A DNA stretch of 64,000 nucleotides from Candidatus Thorarchaeota archaeon (GCA_963726195.1 CAVSBO010000003.1:480001-544000), one strand, 5' to 3'; positions 11,991 to 24,308 are shown, counted from the first letter of the stretch. Notes: generated by a model not told the origin, from the sequence alone. Numbers and translations: made by a program.

Positions 11991-12716
11991 TCATTTCGTT
12001 GAACTTGCTGCACGTCCTTTTTTCCGGGGTGGGGCACATGCCTCATCAAGCAAGAAAGCCAGCGTTAGGTTGAACACTGCGTCAGCCGTCTTCTTGTCTA
12101 CCTTGAACTGTTTTGGATGAACAGAAACGGTCCTGTATTCGTTGAGCTGCTTGAAAAGATTCTCATACACTTTCGGGATGCAGCTTCCGAATACAGCCCT
12201 ATTCCTCACGTATAGGTCGGCGAGTTGACCAAGCGATAACCTCATTTCCGGGTCTGACTGTTCCAAAGTCTTCCGGCTCTTCGCTAGTAGAATCAAGAAC
12301 AATCTGCTCTCCACAGCAACTGAGCTATTGACTACCGCGGACCAATAGCAAGCTTTCCAAGAGGCAGTGAAAAGTCTTCATTGATTCTGTCTGCTTCTTC
12401 ATCAGTCAGTTGCCCCAGTCGTAGCAAAGAGGTGCTCTCCACGCTTGAGTATAGGCTTGAAACCTCACCAAGTGCCTCAGGCAGGTCGTCTTTGCTCGAG
12501 TCTGTGCCTGGCGCCAGTCTATACAGAGCTTTCTCGAGCTTGTCATATCTCTCATCTATCCGGACAAGGAAATCAATCATGGAATTCAGTAGGCTTCGAT
12601 AGGTAACAAAATCGACAATGTACCGCCAACTCTCAAACTTGACTCCCTGCGCATCTTCCATCAGCTTGTCGCAGTGGTCGGGAAGATGAAGTGCTATCGA
12701 GAACGTAATCTTTCAA
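11991..12716 (-). CDS. Putative HEPN/DUF4145-like domain protein, frameshifted
   Basis: ORFs 12332-12661 and 11991-12314 join across a frameshift (AVVNSSVAVESRL...LSLGQL...LNEYRTVSVHP); contains an R-x4-H motif. Confidence 0.55.
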
Positions 12717-13253
12717 TGTCAGGAATCTCCTGCCGTCACGGCCAATGAAACTTCATTCTTGTTTAGAATCAGAACCGCGGGCAAGTGGGGGTGTGCGCTT
12801 ACCCAAGGACTTCACCCAAGGACTCGTCACATACCTACCTCAGAGCAATTTCAAGTTCAGTCCTGTATTTGAATGTTGCATTAGACTAGAAGAAACCAGT
12901 GCGCAAGGCTTATCTCAGAACTCGCAACAGTGAGAGCAGGTGTTTCTAATTGAGTGGCAAAGCTGTCTCTATGATATTCATGGTAATCGTATCCGTCGCT
13001 GCGCTCTTGATGGCTATGTTTTTCCTTTTGTCAGGCTGCCTATGACCCGACCCTGACTTGGGATCAGCGTGTCTATGATGGTGCCGTTGGGATAGTTCTG
13101 ATTGCGATTCTTCTTGGGGTCTCAGTCACGTGCGTCTTCCGTGGTGCTAGAGTTAGGATAGGTTGAGGCGTTAGGCTCTGCCGTTGTTGCTGATCACTTG
13201 CTTCGCTACCTTGTTGCCAAGACCAATACTGGCCTCCGACCCGGCGAAAGGTC

Positions 13254-13646
13254 GTGGAATCTCGCAGCGACACGTTGGCCGAGCACAAAGATCAGATCAG
13301 TGAGGTTGAGAGAGCGTGGAACTATGCCCGCTATGTGGCATATGTCAATACTGGTAAACACCACACGCCGGCCGAATTGATGCAGATTAAGGAAAACGAT
13401 TATGAAGCCTTAGCAGCATTACTAAGGTCCACGGGAAAACCGGACTGCGAACGTCTAAAGTCTCTCTTGTCACTCATGCTAGTTCCTCATCGTTATCTTC
13501 ACACTCTATGGCCGGCCCCTCTCTATTCTCAGATTCTCTATTTGCCATTTCGTAACAGAGACGAGCACAAAAAGAGATGGGTACAATACCTATTGCGAAA
13601 AGTGCAGTTACTGATTGAGCATTGCCTTGGTCAACTTGAGATTTAA
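13254..13646 (+). CDS. Hypothetical protein
   Basis: 130-aa ORF with helical, protein-like composition; 5' end uncertain. Confidence 0.45.
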   Translation: MESRSDTLAEHKDQISEVERAWNYARYVAYVNTGKHHTPAELMQIKENDYEALAALLRSTGKPDCERLKSLLSLMLVPHRYLHTLWPAPLYSQILYLPFRNRDEHKKRWVQYLLRKVQLLIEHCLGQLEI

Positions 13647-13921
13647 CCAATAGGACAAGTATTGCCAACAGGACTATCAGGATGGGTACTAAGAATACCC
13701 TTGTTCTTGTTCTAATGTTTTCTCACCCCACATTTCCCGCCCTCACCAAAATCGTGCTCTTACCGTAATTGCGTGTCCCGCGGAAAAGTAGAGCGCAGTG
13801 TCAGATAAGTTAGACGATTTATGTCTGTGTCAGTCTGGCGACGAGCTTGATCAGTTTGTCGAGCCTCTGAGCGATGGCCGCGAGCTCGTCCAAAATCTGG
13901 AAATGTCTCTTCGTATTGATG

Positions 13922-14569
13922 TCATGTTAGTTCACTTCGTTTCTTGAATACGTACAGAGCCCCAACGTTGTCGCGGATATGCTCCTTCAAAAGTTGAAGT
14001 TCAGGTAGCAGGGTTAAGTACTCTTGAAGCGGCCGGAATATCTGGTACCTGCAATCTGTGTTTGAATCGCCAAATGGGCTTCTGTACCAAGTGTAAACAA
14101 ACAAGATTTCATCAGTCCACTTGGAGAGATTTCTGAGTATTGAACGAAAGTCTTGATCCTTCATCACATGAAAGAGAACATCCATGCACAGAACGACTTG
14201 CCTATGAACTTCAAGTGTTTCACTCGCATTAGCGCATATGAAACTCAAATCAGGATACAGTCGTCTGTCCTTAGTTATAACATCTGGAGAAAAGTCTATT
14301 CCCAAGTATGAAAGACATGACCGTTTCTCCCAGAAGTGCAGATCACCACAGCCCACATCGAGAACTGACTTGGTTTTCACATCGACGTACTGCCCTATGA
14401 TTGACCACTTCCAGTTTCTTTGTTCACCAGATGACCCTGCACCGCTTGTAAGGCCACTCTTGTACCTGTTATCCCAGTAGTCACGATCAGATGAGAAACT
14501 GTCATCAACTTTGAGTCCGAGCACTTTCCTCAATTTGCCTTTTGCTCTTAGCGCTAGATTATTGGGCAA
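13922..14569 (-). CDS. Class I SAM-dependent methyltransferase
   Basis: YWDNRY..G.TSGAGS N-terminus, VLDVGCGD motif I, GIDFS, MDVLFH. Confidence 0.88.
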   Translation of the reverse strand: MPNNLALRAKGKLRKVLGLKVDDSFSSDRDYWDNRYKSGLTSGAGSSGEQRNWKWSIIGQYVDVKTKSVLDVGCGDLHFWEKRSCLSYLGIDFSPDVITKDRRLYPDLSFICANASETLEVHRQVVLCMDVLFHVMKDQDFRSILRNLSKWTDEILFVYTWYRSPFGDSNTDCRYQIFRPLQEYLTLLPELQLLKEHIRDNVGALYVFKKRSELT

Positions 14570-14805
14570 CTATTTCACCCTACAGCTGGCGCAACCTTTT
14601 ACTCTACTGCGTCTGTGAAGCATCCTCTACTTGAACCTCACGAAACTGGGCAATGACTTTCCTGCGACAGTTACACCAGAGTGGATTGATATCAGTCATA
14701 TCAGTAATCTGCAGTTCGATTAACGTTCTTGGGTCCCCACCGACTTCTGCCGATGGAAACGCTTTTATATGCACCTTTCGCCTCGCTCGCCGTAGGCAGG
14801 AGGCA

Positions 14806-15145
14806 ATGGTGATGGTCAAAGATATTGACCGCTTTCTGGATTCTTTCATCACGGTAGTCATAGCTTCAATCCCCATATTCCTTGTCGCAGTGAGTCTTCT
14901 GGTCCAAAGGATTTGATGTGATTGTGAATAGAACTATGCAGACCTACTATTTGGTGCCAGCAAGCATGCAGGTTTTTGTAATCCAGATTGTTTTCTCAGT
15001 TGGCTCTCTCGTTCTTGGTCTTTGGAGCAGAACGTCTGATGACACTCCATCAAAGGAGCAAAAACTCTATGCTTCACTCATCTTGTATCTAGTATCCATC
15101 GGATTCTTCCTAGTTTGGCTATCGGCTATATTCACTTTTACTTAG
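14806..15145 (+). CDS. Small membrane protein (3 TM), frameshift near 14912
   Basis: GGAGG ribosome-binding site before the ATG; hydrophobic segments in ORFs 14653-14916 and 14918-15145 abut. Confidence 0.5.
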
Positions 15146-15183
15146 ATTCCCAATCATCTCGGAGACCGTGAAGCATCGCATCA

Positions 15184-15369
15184 GTGAGCAAGAAAGGCGA
15201 TACAGAGCCCGAAATCAGTATGGCGATGGGACACATTCAAGATGATGGCCCAAAACCCCCGCAGAAGCTTCGTGATGGGCCTCCTCATTGGGTGACGCAT
15301 ATATACTTAGAAAGAGTGGATTGCACACATGAACGACTCCAAGATTCAAGGAGAAGGGAGATGATATGA
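15184..15369 (+). CDS. Small hypothetical protein
   Basis: 61-aa ORF whose stop overlaps the next start (ATGA). Confidence 0.35.
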   Translation: MSKKGDTEPEISMAMGHIQDDGPKPPQKLRDGPPHWVTHIYLERVDCTHERLQDSRRREMI

Positions 15370-15596
15370 GAATCTTTCCGAGGGATTACTGGTACTGGTA
15401 CAGAGAAGACTTGGGGCGGTGGGGAATAGCACCACGTTCTACTTTCTTAGAATTATTTGTGCCTGTTGTCCTTGCCATGGCAGCTCTGATATCACTGTGG
15501 TGCTTTGCTCTGCTGGTGCTGCCTTTTCTATACAATTTCTATTCAACGTATCAGAGGACCAAGCCCATTGACGAGATTCCTTTCAGGTTCTTCTGA
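15366..15596 (+). CDS. Small membrane protein
   Basis: GGAG SD; hydrophobic hairpin. Confidence 0.5.
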   Translation: MRIFPRDYWYWYREDLGRWGIAPRSTFLELFVPVVLAMAALISLWCFALLVLPFLYNFYSTYQRTKPIDEIPFRFF

Positions 15597-15651
15597 GCGT
15601 TCTACCCGAGGAGACTGAAACAGACGTGAAGAAAACCGAGGAGATAGGCAA

Positions 15652-15858
15652 GTGACTGACAAAAAGAAGAAACAAGAAGAGAAAAGTGTTCTGCAGTTGA
15701 TTAGTGAGAGATTAGACGAGATTGCTGACGCGGCTTTTTGCTGCGAGGCGGCCGCGAATACGGACGCGATATGTACCATTCCAGGCACGGTGGATGACAT
15801 AAAGGCTATCATCAAAAAGGAAGAACTGAGGGAAAGGGAAAAGCATCATCACCTTTAG
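15652..15858 (+). CDS. Small hypothetical protein
   Basis: GGAG SD, GTG start, charged helical 68-aa ORF. Confidence 0.45.
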   Translation: MTDKKKKQEEKSVLQLISERLDEIADAAFCCEAAANTDAICTIPGTVDDIKAIIKKEELREREKHHHL

Positions 15859-16016
15859 TAGAGTGCCTAGTAATTGAGGTCTGTTCTGCGATTCTGCCGA
15901 CGGAAACGTGTGTGTTGGCGGGTCCCCGAAATCACCGTGCCCATATTCGCTAAACGGTGTACTCGCCTATCCCACAACCATCTGACGCCTCAATGTCAGT
16001 ATGCTGCTGATTCCGC

Positions 16017-16703
16017 CTAGGCATCGGTATCCAAGAGACGTTGTCCACAGTTAGGGCAGAATCTTGTCCCGGGTGCCAGACCTGCCTGACCACAGGATGG
16101 GCACAAACGACTCGGTGCTGGTGCAGTGGGCGGTGCCTGCGTAAACACAACTCGCTGAACTGGCCTTTTCGAAGGCGAATTCAACCAGTGGAAGACGAAG
16201 GCCAGCGCCACCACAATAATGACCAAGGCGATGCCTAGTGCTTGGATTTGAATCGGCGAGACCGGGATGGCCGCCGGGGTTCGACTATGAGAACCTTGGA
16301 AATATGCGATGGAGAAGTTGCTGTTCCTGTTCTCGTAGACTGTGTACCAAGTCCCTGCTTCGGGAACCGTGACACTCCAAGAAACGCTCCATGTTGTAGT
16401 TTGAATATTCGCATTGTTTGTTGAATAAACCTTCGTCGGATTCTGTCCGCCTTGGTACAGACCGTAGTTTGAATCATCGCAGACGAAGAAATCCAAATCA
16501 TCGCCTAACGCAGTGAAACTGCCCGAGAGGACGTCGCCCTTCTCGCATGTCCAGTTGAAGCCTTTGTGTGACGGGGGATAAAGAAAGAAATCAAAATCCA
16601 CCAGAGGCCGGGATTGATGTGTGTTAACAAAGCCAGTGGTCGCCAGTACGGCAGATGGCATGGAGAACGCAAGGAGAACCATAAACAACAAGAACTTCTT
16701 CAC
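16017..16703 (-). CDS. Signal peptide + GOLD/p24-like domain + TM + cytoplasmic double zinc ribbon
   Basis: Signal peptide, GDVLSGSF...FFVCD...WSVTVPEAGTWYTVYEN, TM helix, CPSCG...FCPNCG. Confidence 0.7.
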   Translation of the reverse strand: MKKFLLFMVLLAFSMPSAVLATTGFVNTHQSRPLVDFDFFLYPPSHKGFNWTCEKGDVLSGSFTALGDDLDFFVCDDSNYGLYQGGQNPTKVYSTNNANIQTTTWSVSWSVTVPEAGTWYTVYENRNSNFSIAYFQGSHSRTPAAIPVSPIQIQALGIALVIIVVALAFVFHWLNSPSKRPVQRVVFTQAPPTAPAPSRLCPSCGQAGLAPGTRFCPNCGQRLLDTDA

Positions 16704-16830
16704 GGTAAACCCCTCTCGACAAAGACCTACAGACTCGCTTCATCCTTATTCCCTTTTCTGTTTATGGAGATTCAGATTTCCAAACGAGAAGTGCTCCACA
16801 CCGTCACTGCCACACGTGGCTGTTGAGCAG

Positions 16831-17052
16831 TCATTCCCGCGACCGGGTCTGCCATCCTCTGAGATACCATTCGACGAGGGCAAACATGAGTAGAACGACA
16901 AGGGCCCTCCAGAAATCGACTGAGCCCGCCGTTATGTAAGGTATGAACCAAGCAGCCAGAAACACAACAACCAGTGATACAATCAATCTAGCAATAGCGT
17001 GAGAAACGCTTCGCTTCTTCACCTTGTTTTCGTGTTCATTGGTTTCTTCCAT
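16831..17052 (-). CDS. Small 2-TM membrane protein
   Basis: Two hydrophobic helices in 73 aa. Confidence 0.6.
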   Translation of the reverse strand: MEETNEHENKVKKRSVSHAIARLIVSLVVVFLAAWFIPYITAGSVDFWRALVVLLMFALVEWYLRGWQTRSRE

Positions 17053-17249
17053 CTCAAGCGTCCCTGCTGTTCGCCTGCACCACTTGCCACCGGGTTTCGT
17101 GATATCGATTCATTTCTGATACTGCCGGCTGTGCGGATGAGCCATTCGAGAAGAGGGTGCTATATTCGCTTTGTTCGTCTGTGCTTGCACCCCGATTGTC
17201 ATTTCGAGTGGAGTTCACAAGTCTTATGGCTCTCAAACTGGATGGCCCT

Positions 17250-18594
17250 CTATTCAGGCTTAGTGTGACGCTTGTAAAGGAACGCGCGACATTCTGTCCA
17301 GAAACTGGATGCGTAGGCCCTAGGCTCACGAAGGCTCAGATAAACGAAAGAGCCGACGAAGCGGAGTACTGTGCTCAACATCATCATCGTGAATACAGCG
17401 CTGTAATCTCCGAGAAGTGGCGCCATAGCCTGACCAATAATGCCTGATATCAATGAGCCAAAGAGGAAGACTACTCCTGTGAAGGTGTTGTAGACTGCGA
17501 TATGAGACCCTCTCTCGCCTTCTGGTGATACATCATAGATGTAGGCTGTCGCCGCGTTGTCCGAAGCGGCTGATGCAATACCTGAAACTGCGTTTGATAC
17601 GTATACCAAGGTGGCATCCACGGCCAAGATGTAGAGCAGCGGCACCAAGAAGTATATGGCTCGTCCCAAGAAGATCAGGGGTCGTCGTCCGACTCTGTCG
17701 CTGAGCTTGCCGAGAGGCACAGTGAAGGCAACAGTGAACGCGATTGATACTGCTGAGGCAATAGCAATCTGCAGCAAGGTCATCTTCAACCAAACGACTG
17801 AAACTATTATGAAAAAGGGCCAAGCCATCGACATCGCAAACGAGAAGAACGTAGCTGTGAAGCAGAGCCTCCGAAAGTCGCCGGGCCGCGTAAGAAGCTT
17901 CAGCATAGGAGGGAATCCGTGCTTTCCGTTGCCATTCCGGGGATTCTCCTTTATCGTGAAACAAAGTACCGCTGCAAGGAGACCGGTCACTGCAGTCAAA
18001 TAGAATGGGAGATAGTATGGTTCTCTCCAAGCCTCTACGGGCGGAAACATAATCGGACCAAGAGGACCCCACCAGGCTCTGAAGTAAGACATCAGCCCGG
18101 GGACAATCGTCATGTATCCCGCCAAGACTGTGGCCAAAAGCGCAGCTACGTTTGTGACCATTCCTAACCGGCCGAGCTCGGTTCCTCGTTTGGACGGATG
18201 AATCAGTGCGCCAACCAGTGAAAGCCACGTAGGTATCTGTATACTCAGCAGTATTGACTCAACGGTATAAAGAAGAATCAAGTTCAGCGGCGAGGTTGCC
18301 CAGAGAAAAAGATAGACTGTTACTAGGCCGGTCAGAGTACCGAATGCAACGAAGAGCTTGTTGTGTCCTATTCTGTCAGACAGAGCACCCCATGCAGGCT
18401 GAAGAATCGCAGGGCTGATGTTTGCCGACACTTCTGAATAGTCCCATCTCGGCGAAATTCGCGCCCAGTCCTAGTACATAGGCGCTGAGAAAAGGACTGT
18501 AAAGGCCCTGAGAAAAGCTCGAGACATAGAACCAACTACATATACACTGGCGAGGAAGCTTCTCAGCAATGGGCGGTGCTTCTGACTCGCTCAA
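17250..18594 (-). CDS. MFS transporter, frameshift near 18430
   Basis: Motif A twice (GALSDRIG, GKLSDRVGRR); about 12 TM. Confidence 0.9.
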
Positions 18595-18737
18595 CCAGAT
18601 TCGGGCCTTTCAGTTCGGGCCGGTCTGATACGCCATTTAAGAGTAGTCGTGACTACCTCATTCTTTCCCAGCACCAAGATTGACCGAACAGGTTATCTGC
18701 TCTGCTAACAAGACCGTGTGCTCGGCCTGACTACCAT

Positions 18738-19848
18738 ATGCTGACAAGTAAGGTCTACATACAGAGATTGGAGAAGCTTCGTGAGTCGATGCGCTCACAA
18801 GATGCCGGTTTTGCCCTTCTCACTCCATCACCCAATTTCCGATATCTGACAGACATCGTCTACGAGATGCGGGAACGACTTGTCGCATTTCATCGTCAAG
18901 GAGCGACGGAGAACCATCGTCGTTGCTCCAAAGTTTGACGTCTCGAATCTCTCCAGGGACACGTGGATCAAGGAATTCCTTCCTTGGAACGAAGATGAGA
19001 ACCCATACTTGATGGTTGCGAAGGCCGTTCGTTCAAAGCCAAAGGAGTGCGTAGCTCTGTTCGATGACCACATGCCAGTGGGGGTTTTGTGGGCTCTCGA
19101 GAAAGCGGTTGGCGGTTTCAAAAAGACTCTGTCGATGACTCCGCAGCTTGAGTCCATGAGGATTGTGAAGAGCAAAGAGGAAGTAGAGCTCATGAGGAAA
19201 GCGAGCAGCATAATCGGAGAATCTGTCAGCAAGGCAATGACTCAGGCCAGACTGGGAATGACTGAACTCGAGATGCAGCAACTTGTCATAAACGAGTGTG
19301 CTCGGAGTGGCGGCGCGCCCACCTTCACTACTGTACAGTTTGGTGAGAACACTGCACTTCCACATGCAGATTCTGGAACAAGACAGCTTCGGAAGGGCGA
19401 CATCGCCCTGTTTGACTGTGGCTGTGAAGTGGAGGGCTATAACACTGACATCACTAGGGTAGCGGTCGCTGGCAAGCCTTCAGCAGAGCAGGCATCAGTA
19501 TACTCGATTGTCCTCAAAGCACAACAAGCCGCGATTGATAGAATCAAGGCGGGTCTGACCTGTGAGAAAGCTGACAATCTCGCTCGGCAGGTGATAGAGA
19601 AAGCTGGGTACGGTGTCTACTTCACGCATAGGTTGGGCCATGGTGTTGGTCTGGAGGTCCATGAGCCTCCATACTTGGTCAAGGGAAACTCGATGCAGCT
19701 CAGAGCTGGCATGACACATAGCGTTGAACCTGGCGTCTACTTGGAAGGCAAGTTCGGCATTAGGATAGAAGACACTGTGCTCGTGGACGAAACAGGATGT
19801 GAAGCCCTCACTTCATCCCCAAAGGACTTGTTCCAAATGAATCTGTAG
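18738..19848 (+). CDS. Xaa-Pro peptidase (M24B), frameshift near 18885
   Basis: Creatinase-like N-terminus; PH, DCG, TDITR, HRLGHGVGLEVHE, VEPG, RIED metal-binding motifs. Confidence 0.93.
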
Positions 19849-19859
19849 AGGTAGGTCTC

Positions 19860-20450
19860 TTACTCTGATTGGTCCTTGGACCTCTTCGACATGATCTCAT
19901 CAACCTTGGCCCGGTCTTCCTCAGACAGGCCCTTCATGGCTTCTGCTGACTGGCGAAACATGTGATTCATGAGCACCGCATACAAGCCAGGAAGTGCCTT
20001 TTCAGTTTCACACCGTTCCTTGAACTCCTGTTCCGCGGTCTCTCTGGCCTCGCGCAGCGAATCCTTCTGAACTTCGCCCTTTCCAATTCCGGAACAGTTC
20101 TTCTCAATTACCCGGAACTTTGTTCCATCGTAGTCGAGTGGATAGGTCCGGCAAGATATGGGACGAGAATACCTAATGGAGCATGCGTTTGAGTCTTCAT
20201 GATAAAACATACACGCGGTACTCTCGGGATCCTTCTTGAGCGGGCGTCGCTGGGTCTCAATGCCGATTGAATCCTCCTCGGACTCTGGTGCGACCAGAAC
20301 GAGTCCGGGAATAATGTGCGAAAGATAGTCTTGTTCAGTCCATCTCGAGATGTCGCCAATCGTCACATTGACGTGGGCACGAGTGCAGCAGACCCTCTGC
20401 GGGCAGTCCTGTTCTTGGCATTTGAAGCTGTACTTTGACTTGTCTGACAT
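19860..20450 (-). CDS. YkgJ-family cysteine-cluster protein
   Basis: C..C...CC, CMFY...CSI...RP.SCRTYP, C.GIG pattern. Confidence 0.85.
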   Translation of the reverse strand: MSDKSKYSFKCQEQDCPQRVCCTRAHVNVTIGDISRWTEQDYLSHIIPGLVLVAPESEEDSIGIETQRRPLKKDPESTACMFYHEDSNACSIRYSRPISCRTYPLDYDGTKFRVIEKNCSGIGKGEVQKDSLREARETAEQEFKERCETEKALPGLYAVLMNHMFRQSAEAMKGLSEEDRAKVDEIMSKRSKDQSE

Positions 20451-20643
20451 CAATATCACCAAGACGTCTTGCACATCATGGAATCCACCAGTGAATCTTA
20501 ATGGTTTCGAAGGAGGCCTAAATGCTCTCCTGTCCTCTCCGCGGTCAATATGTTTAATACAGCCGACTAGGGGCTTTCGACCCGAGTGCGACCCGGATGG
20601 CGTTGTTCATGGCGAAGGTGTGTCATCCGGCCTGCGGAGGTTC

Positions 20644-23408
20644 ATGCCAATAATGGAACAAGATTGGCACTCGATTGATGAACAGGCAGTGATGGACGCA
20701 CTTGGGACCAGTCGAGCTGGTTTGGATAGGGGAGATGCAGGGGAGAGGCTTCTGCAGTACGGACCTAACGAATTGGTGAGAGCGGAGAAGGAATCTCCTA
20801 TCAGGATGCTGTTGGGTCAGTTCACCGATGTTCTCATTGTCATTCTGCTTATTGCCGTGGCAATCTCTTTCGTCGTGGGAGAAATGGTTGACGCGATTCT
20901 CATCCTGATAATTGTGATCGCCTCTGCGGCCTTGGGTTTTGTTCAGGAGTACCGGGCTGAGCGTGCACTTGAGGCACTTCAGAAGATGTTGGCGCCAACA
21001 ACCACGGTCGTCAGAAACAATATGGCGGTAGAGATTACAACACAGGACGTAGTTCCGGGTGACATACTCCAGTTGAAGGAAGGGGATAAGGTTCCTGCAG
21101 ATGGTAGGGTGATTGAATCCTTCAACCTGAGGGTAACAGAAGCGGCGATAACTGGGGAATCAATACCTGTACAGAAAAGTACCCCGAAACTCCCTCGAGA
21201 CACCCTCCTGTCTGACCGGAAAAACATGGTGCTTTCGGGAACTGAAATCGCCGCGGGCAGGGGCGTTGCGGTGGTAACTGCCACGGGTATGGCGACGGAA
21301 TTTGGGAAAATCGCTCACGAAGTAACTACTGTGGTCAAGGAACAGACTCCGCTTGAGAAGCGCACAAACGAAATAGGCAAGTGGCTGGGTGCTATTTCTC
21401 TCACTGTATGCCTGACTGTGATAGCCGTGGGCGTTGTAAGAGATGTTCTTGCGCATGGATACTTGCGTCCTGCATTCTTTGTGGAGATGGTTCTCTTCGG
21501 AGTCTCGCTCGCCGTGGCAGCTGTTCCGGAATCATTGCCTGCAGTTGTGACAGGCAGCTTAGCAATAGGAATGCACAGAATGGCAAAGAGCAACGCACTT
21601 GTTCGCAAAATGTCAGCCGTTGAGACACTTGGTTCGACGACTGTGATATGCTCTGACAAGACAGGAACCATCACAAGGGGAGAAATGACCGTCCGAGAGG
21701 TTCGCATGCCCAACTCGAGAATCGGTGTTACAGGAGAAGGGTACGAACCCACTGGCAAGCTTATTGATTACCGAAGGTGACTCCTCCGTCCAAACAAGAG
21801 AAGGGTTCAGACTACTAATGAATGCGTGCATACTCTGCAATGATGCAGACCTCGTTCTTGAGAACGCGAAGTGGAGAGTCAGAGGCGATCCCACCGAAGG
21901 TGCTCTTGTAGTGTTGGCAGAAAAGGCGGGATTCCACGTCTCCGAAGTACGCAGCCGCTGCCCGAGGATTGGCGAGGTCCCCTTCAGCTCTGAAAGAAAG
22001 CGAATGAGCGACAATGCACTATGGAAATGAAGACTGTAAGATTGTTTACCTGAAGGGAGCACCGGAAGTTGTACTTAACCGCTGCTCAAAGATACACGAG
22101 GCCGATGGTATCAAGATCCTGAGCGAGGAGTCGAAGCAGGGATTTCTCGAAGATGCAGAGATGATGGCCCAGAAAGCATTACGGCTTCTTGCATTTGCTT
22201 ATCGTGAAGGCAAACACATGGATGACTCCTCGGAAGACACGCTCGAAAAGGACTTGGTCTTTCTCGGGATTGTGGGGATGATCGATCCTCCTCGTGGTGA
22301 TGCGATAGAGGCCATAAGGGTCTGCAAGTCCGTTGGAATAAAAACGGTCATGATAACTGGTGACCATGCTCTCACTGCAAAGGCAATAGCGAAAGAAGCC
22401 GGAATATACGAAGACGGCGACCTAGTGCTCACTGATGCGGAAATGGAGAAAATCGATGACAGCAGTTTTGAGCAGATGGTGGAAAAGGTCTCGGTGTACG
22501 CAAGAGTCTCGCCAATTCGCAAATTGAAGATTGTCAGGGCTTGGAAGAAGCGTGGCAAGGTCGTGGCCATGACCGGGGATGGCGTGAATGATGCACCGGC
22601 TCTCAGGCAGGCAGACATAGGAGTTGCAATGGGCCTAACAGGAACCGACGTCACGAAGGAAGCGGCCGACCTCGTGCTTGCTGATGATAACTTCGCAACC
22701 ATTGTGAAAGCGATCGAATTGGGCAGATGGATATACGACAACATCAAGAAATACCTAGCCTACCTGATCCAGACCAACTTGGTCGAAATCGTAATGCTCT
22801 CTGTTGCAGTTCTCATAGGATACCCGCTTCCTCTCATACCGGCCCAGCTGCTCTACATCAATCTCGTCACAGACGGTTTCCCAGCAATAGCTCTTGGATT
22901 GGGCCCTCCAGATCCTGATATTATGCAGAGACCGCCCAGAAGTCCCAATGAGAGTATATTCAGCAAAGAGGTAAAGCTGTTCTATGTAATCTCTCTCTTG
23001 ATGCAAAGCCCCGTTTTTCTCTACGTATTCGTGAGCATTGTTCCTCTTGGCGCTGCTGAGGGAAGCACGCAATTGTTGTTGGGCAGAAGCATCTTGTTTT
23101 ACATGTTTGTTTTCATGGAGCTTGTCGTCGCGATCAAATGCCGGTCTCTGAGATACTCGATCTTTCGGATTCGACCCCATCGGCTTCTGTGGCTGGCAGT
23201 AATTGGCAATGCGGTTTTGACTATTGGACTATTCAGCGTACCCTTTATCGCTGACGCTTTCGGTCTGGTCCCAATTGGCACGTTCGGTGTCGAGGTCATT
23301 GTGATGGTGTGCCTGCTCACTTTTGTCTCTCTGGAAATTGCCAAATATCTCGTTAGTAAGTTCAGCTTGCCGAATGAGGCGAAAACTCTTCCGACAACTC
23401 TGATGTGA
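20644..23408 (+). CDS. P-type cation ATPase (type IIA, Ca2+-like), two frameshifts
   Basis: [48 protein letters not shown]. Confidence 0.95.
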
Positions 23409-23464
23409 CCAAGAACGAGGATGACTCGCCATGTGAGATCAGTAACGGATAATCCGTGCTGAAA

Positions 23465-24308
23465 CTAATGAGTAAGCCGCTTCTCAAGCCAAGTGTACAT
23501 ATCGTTGAGAACCTGTTCCCGACCCACTTCCCCATGCAGTTCATGATAGAATCCGTCATAAAGTCTCCAAGTCTTGTCAGCAGAGCCGAGCCTCTCGAAA
23601 AATGATCGAGTCATGTTCGGATCGACCGCCACGTCGTCACCGGCCTGTTGCACCAAGATGGGAAGCATAATCATTGGTGCAGGCTTCGAATCCCTCGCGC
23701 ATCGCCTTGAGAGCGGACCGGCCAAACCTGGCGGTCACCTTGTCAAACCTCAACTTGTCGTCCTTGTGCGCCTGCACCACCTCGGGGTCATGTGACGCAT
23801 ATTCGAACTCAAGGGAATTACCGAACCGGTGTTTCACGTTGAGCACCGACAAGATTGACGCGGCAGCTCTCGTCCCTCTGCCAATCTTGAGACGTTCAGA
23901 GACAGCTGGACATGACAGAAGCGCACCTTCCACTCCGCGGGGATATGTAGCCACGTATCTAATCACGTGAAGGCCGCCAAGGGAATGACCGAACACGAAA
24001 GTCAGTTTGTCATGGAATCTGTTCCTGACTTGGTCGACGATATTCTTCATGTCCTCCTTGTACTCGTCGAAGCTCATAACGTGGCCTTTCAATCCTTCAT
24101 AGTGGCCAAATCCTCTCATGTCAGGAGCAAACGTTGCGACTCCGCGTTGAGCAAAGTACTCTCCTATGTTCTTCAGCGTGAATCCATGACTGCCCAACCC
24201 GTGGATTGCTACGAGAAGCGCACGTGGTTTTTCATCCGCGGGCATCCATACTGACATGAACATCCTAGTGCCGTCGTATCCGACGTAATTGCTCTCCTCG
24301 TAAGTCAT
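23465..24308 (-). CDS. Alpha/beta hydrolase (lysophospholipase/monoacylglycerol lipase-like), frameshift near 23670
   Basis: HGLGSH, DMRGFG, GHSLGG nucleophile elbow; D and YHEL catalytic residues lie in the downstream frame. Confidence 0.9.
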
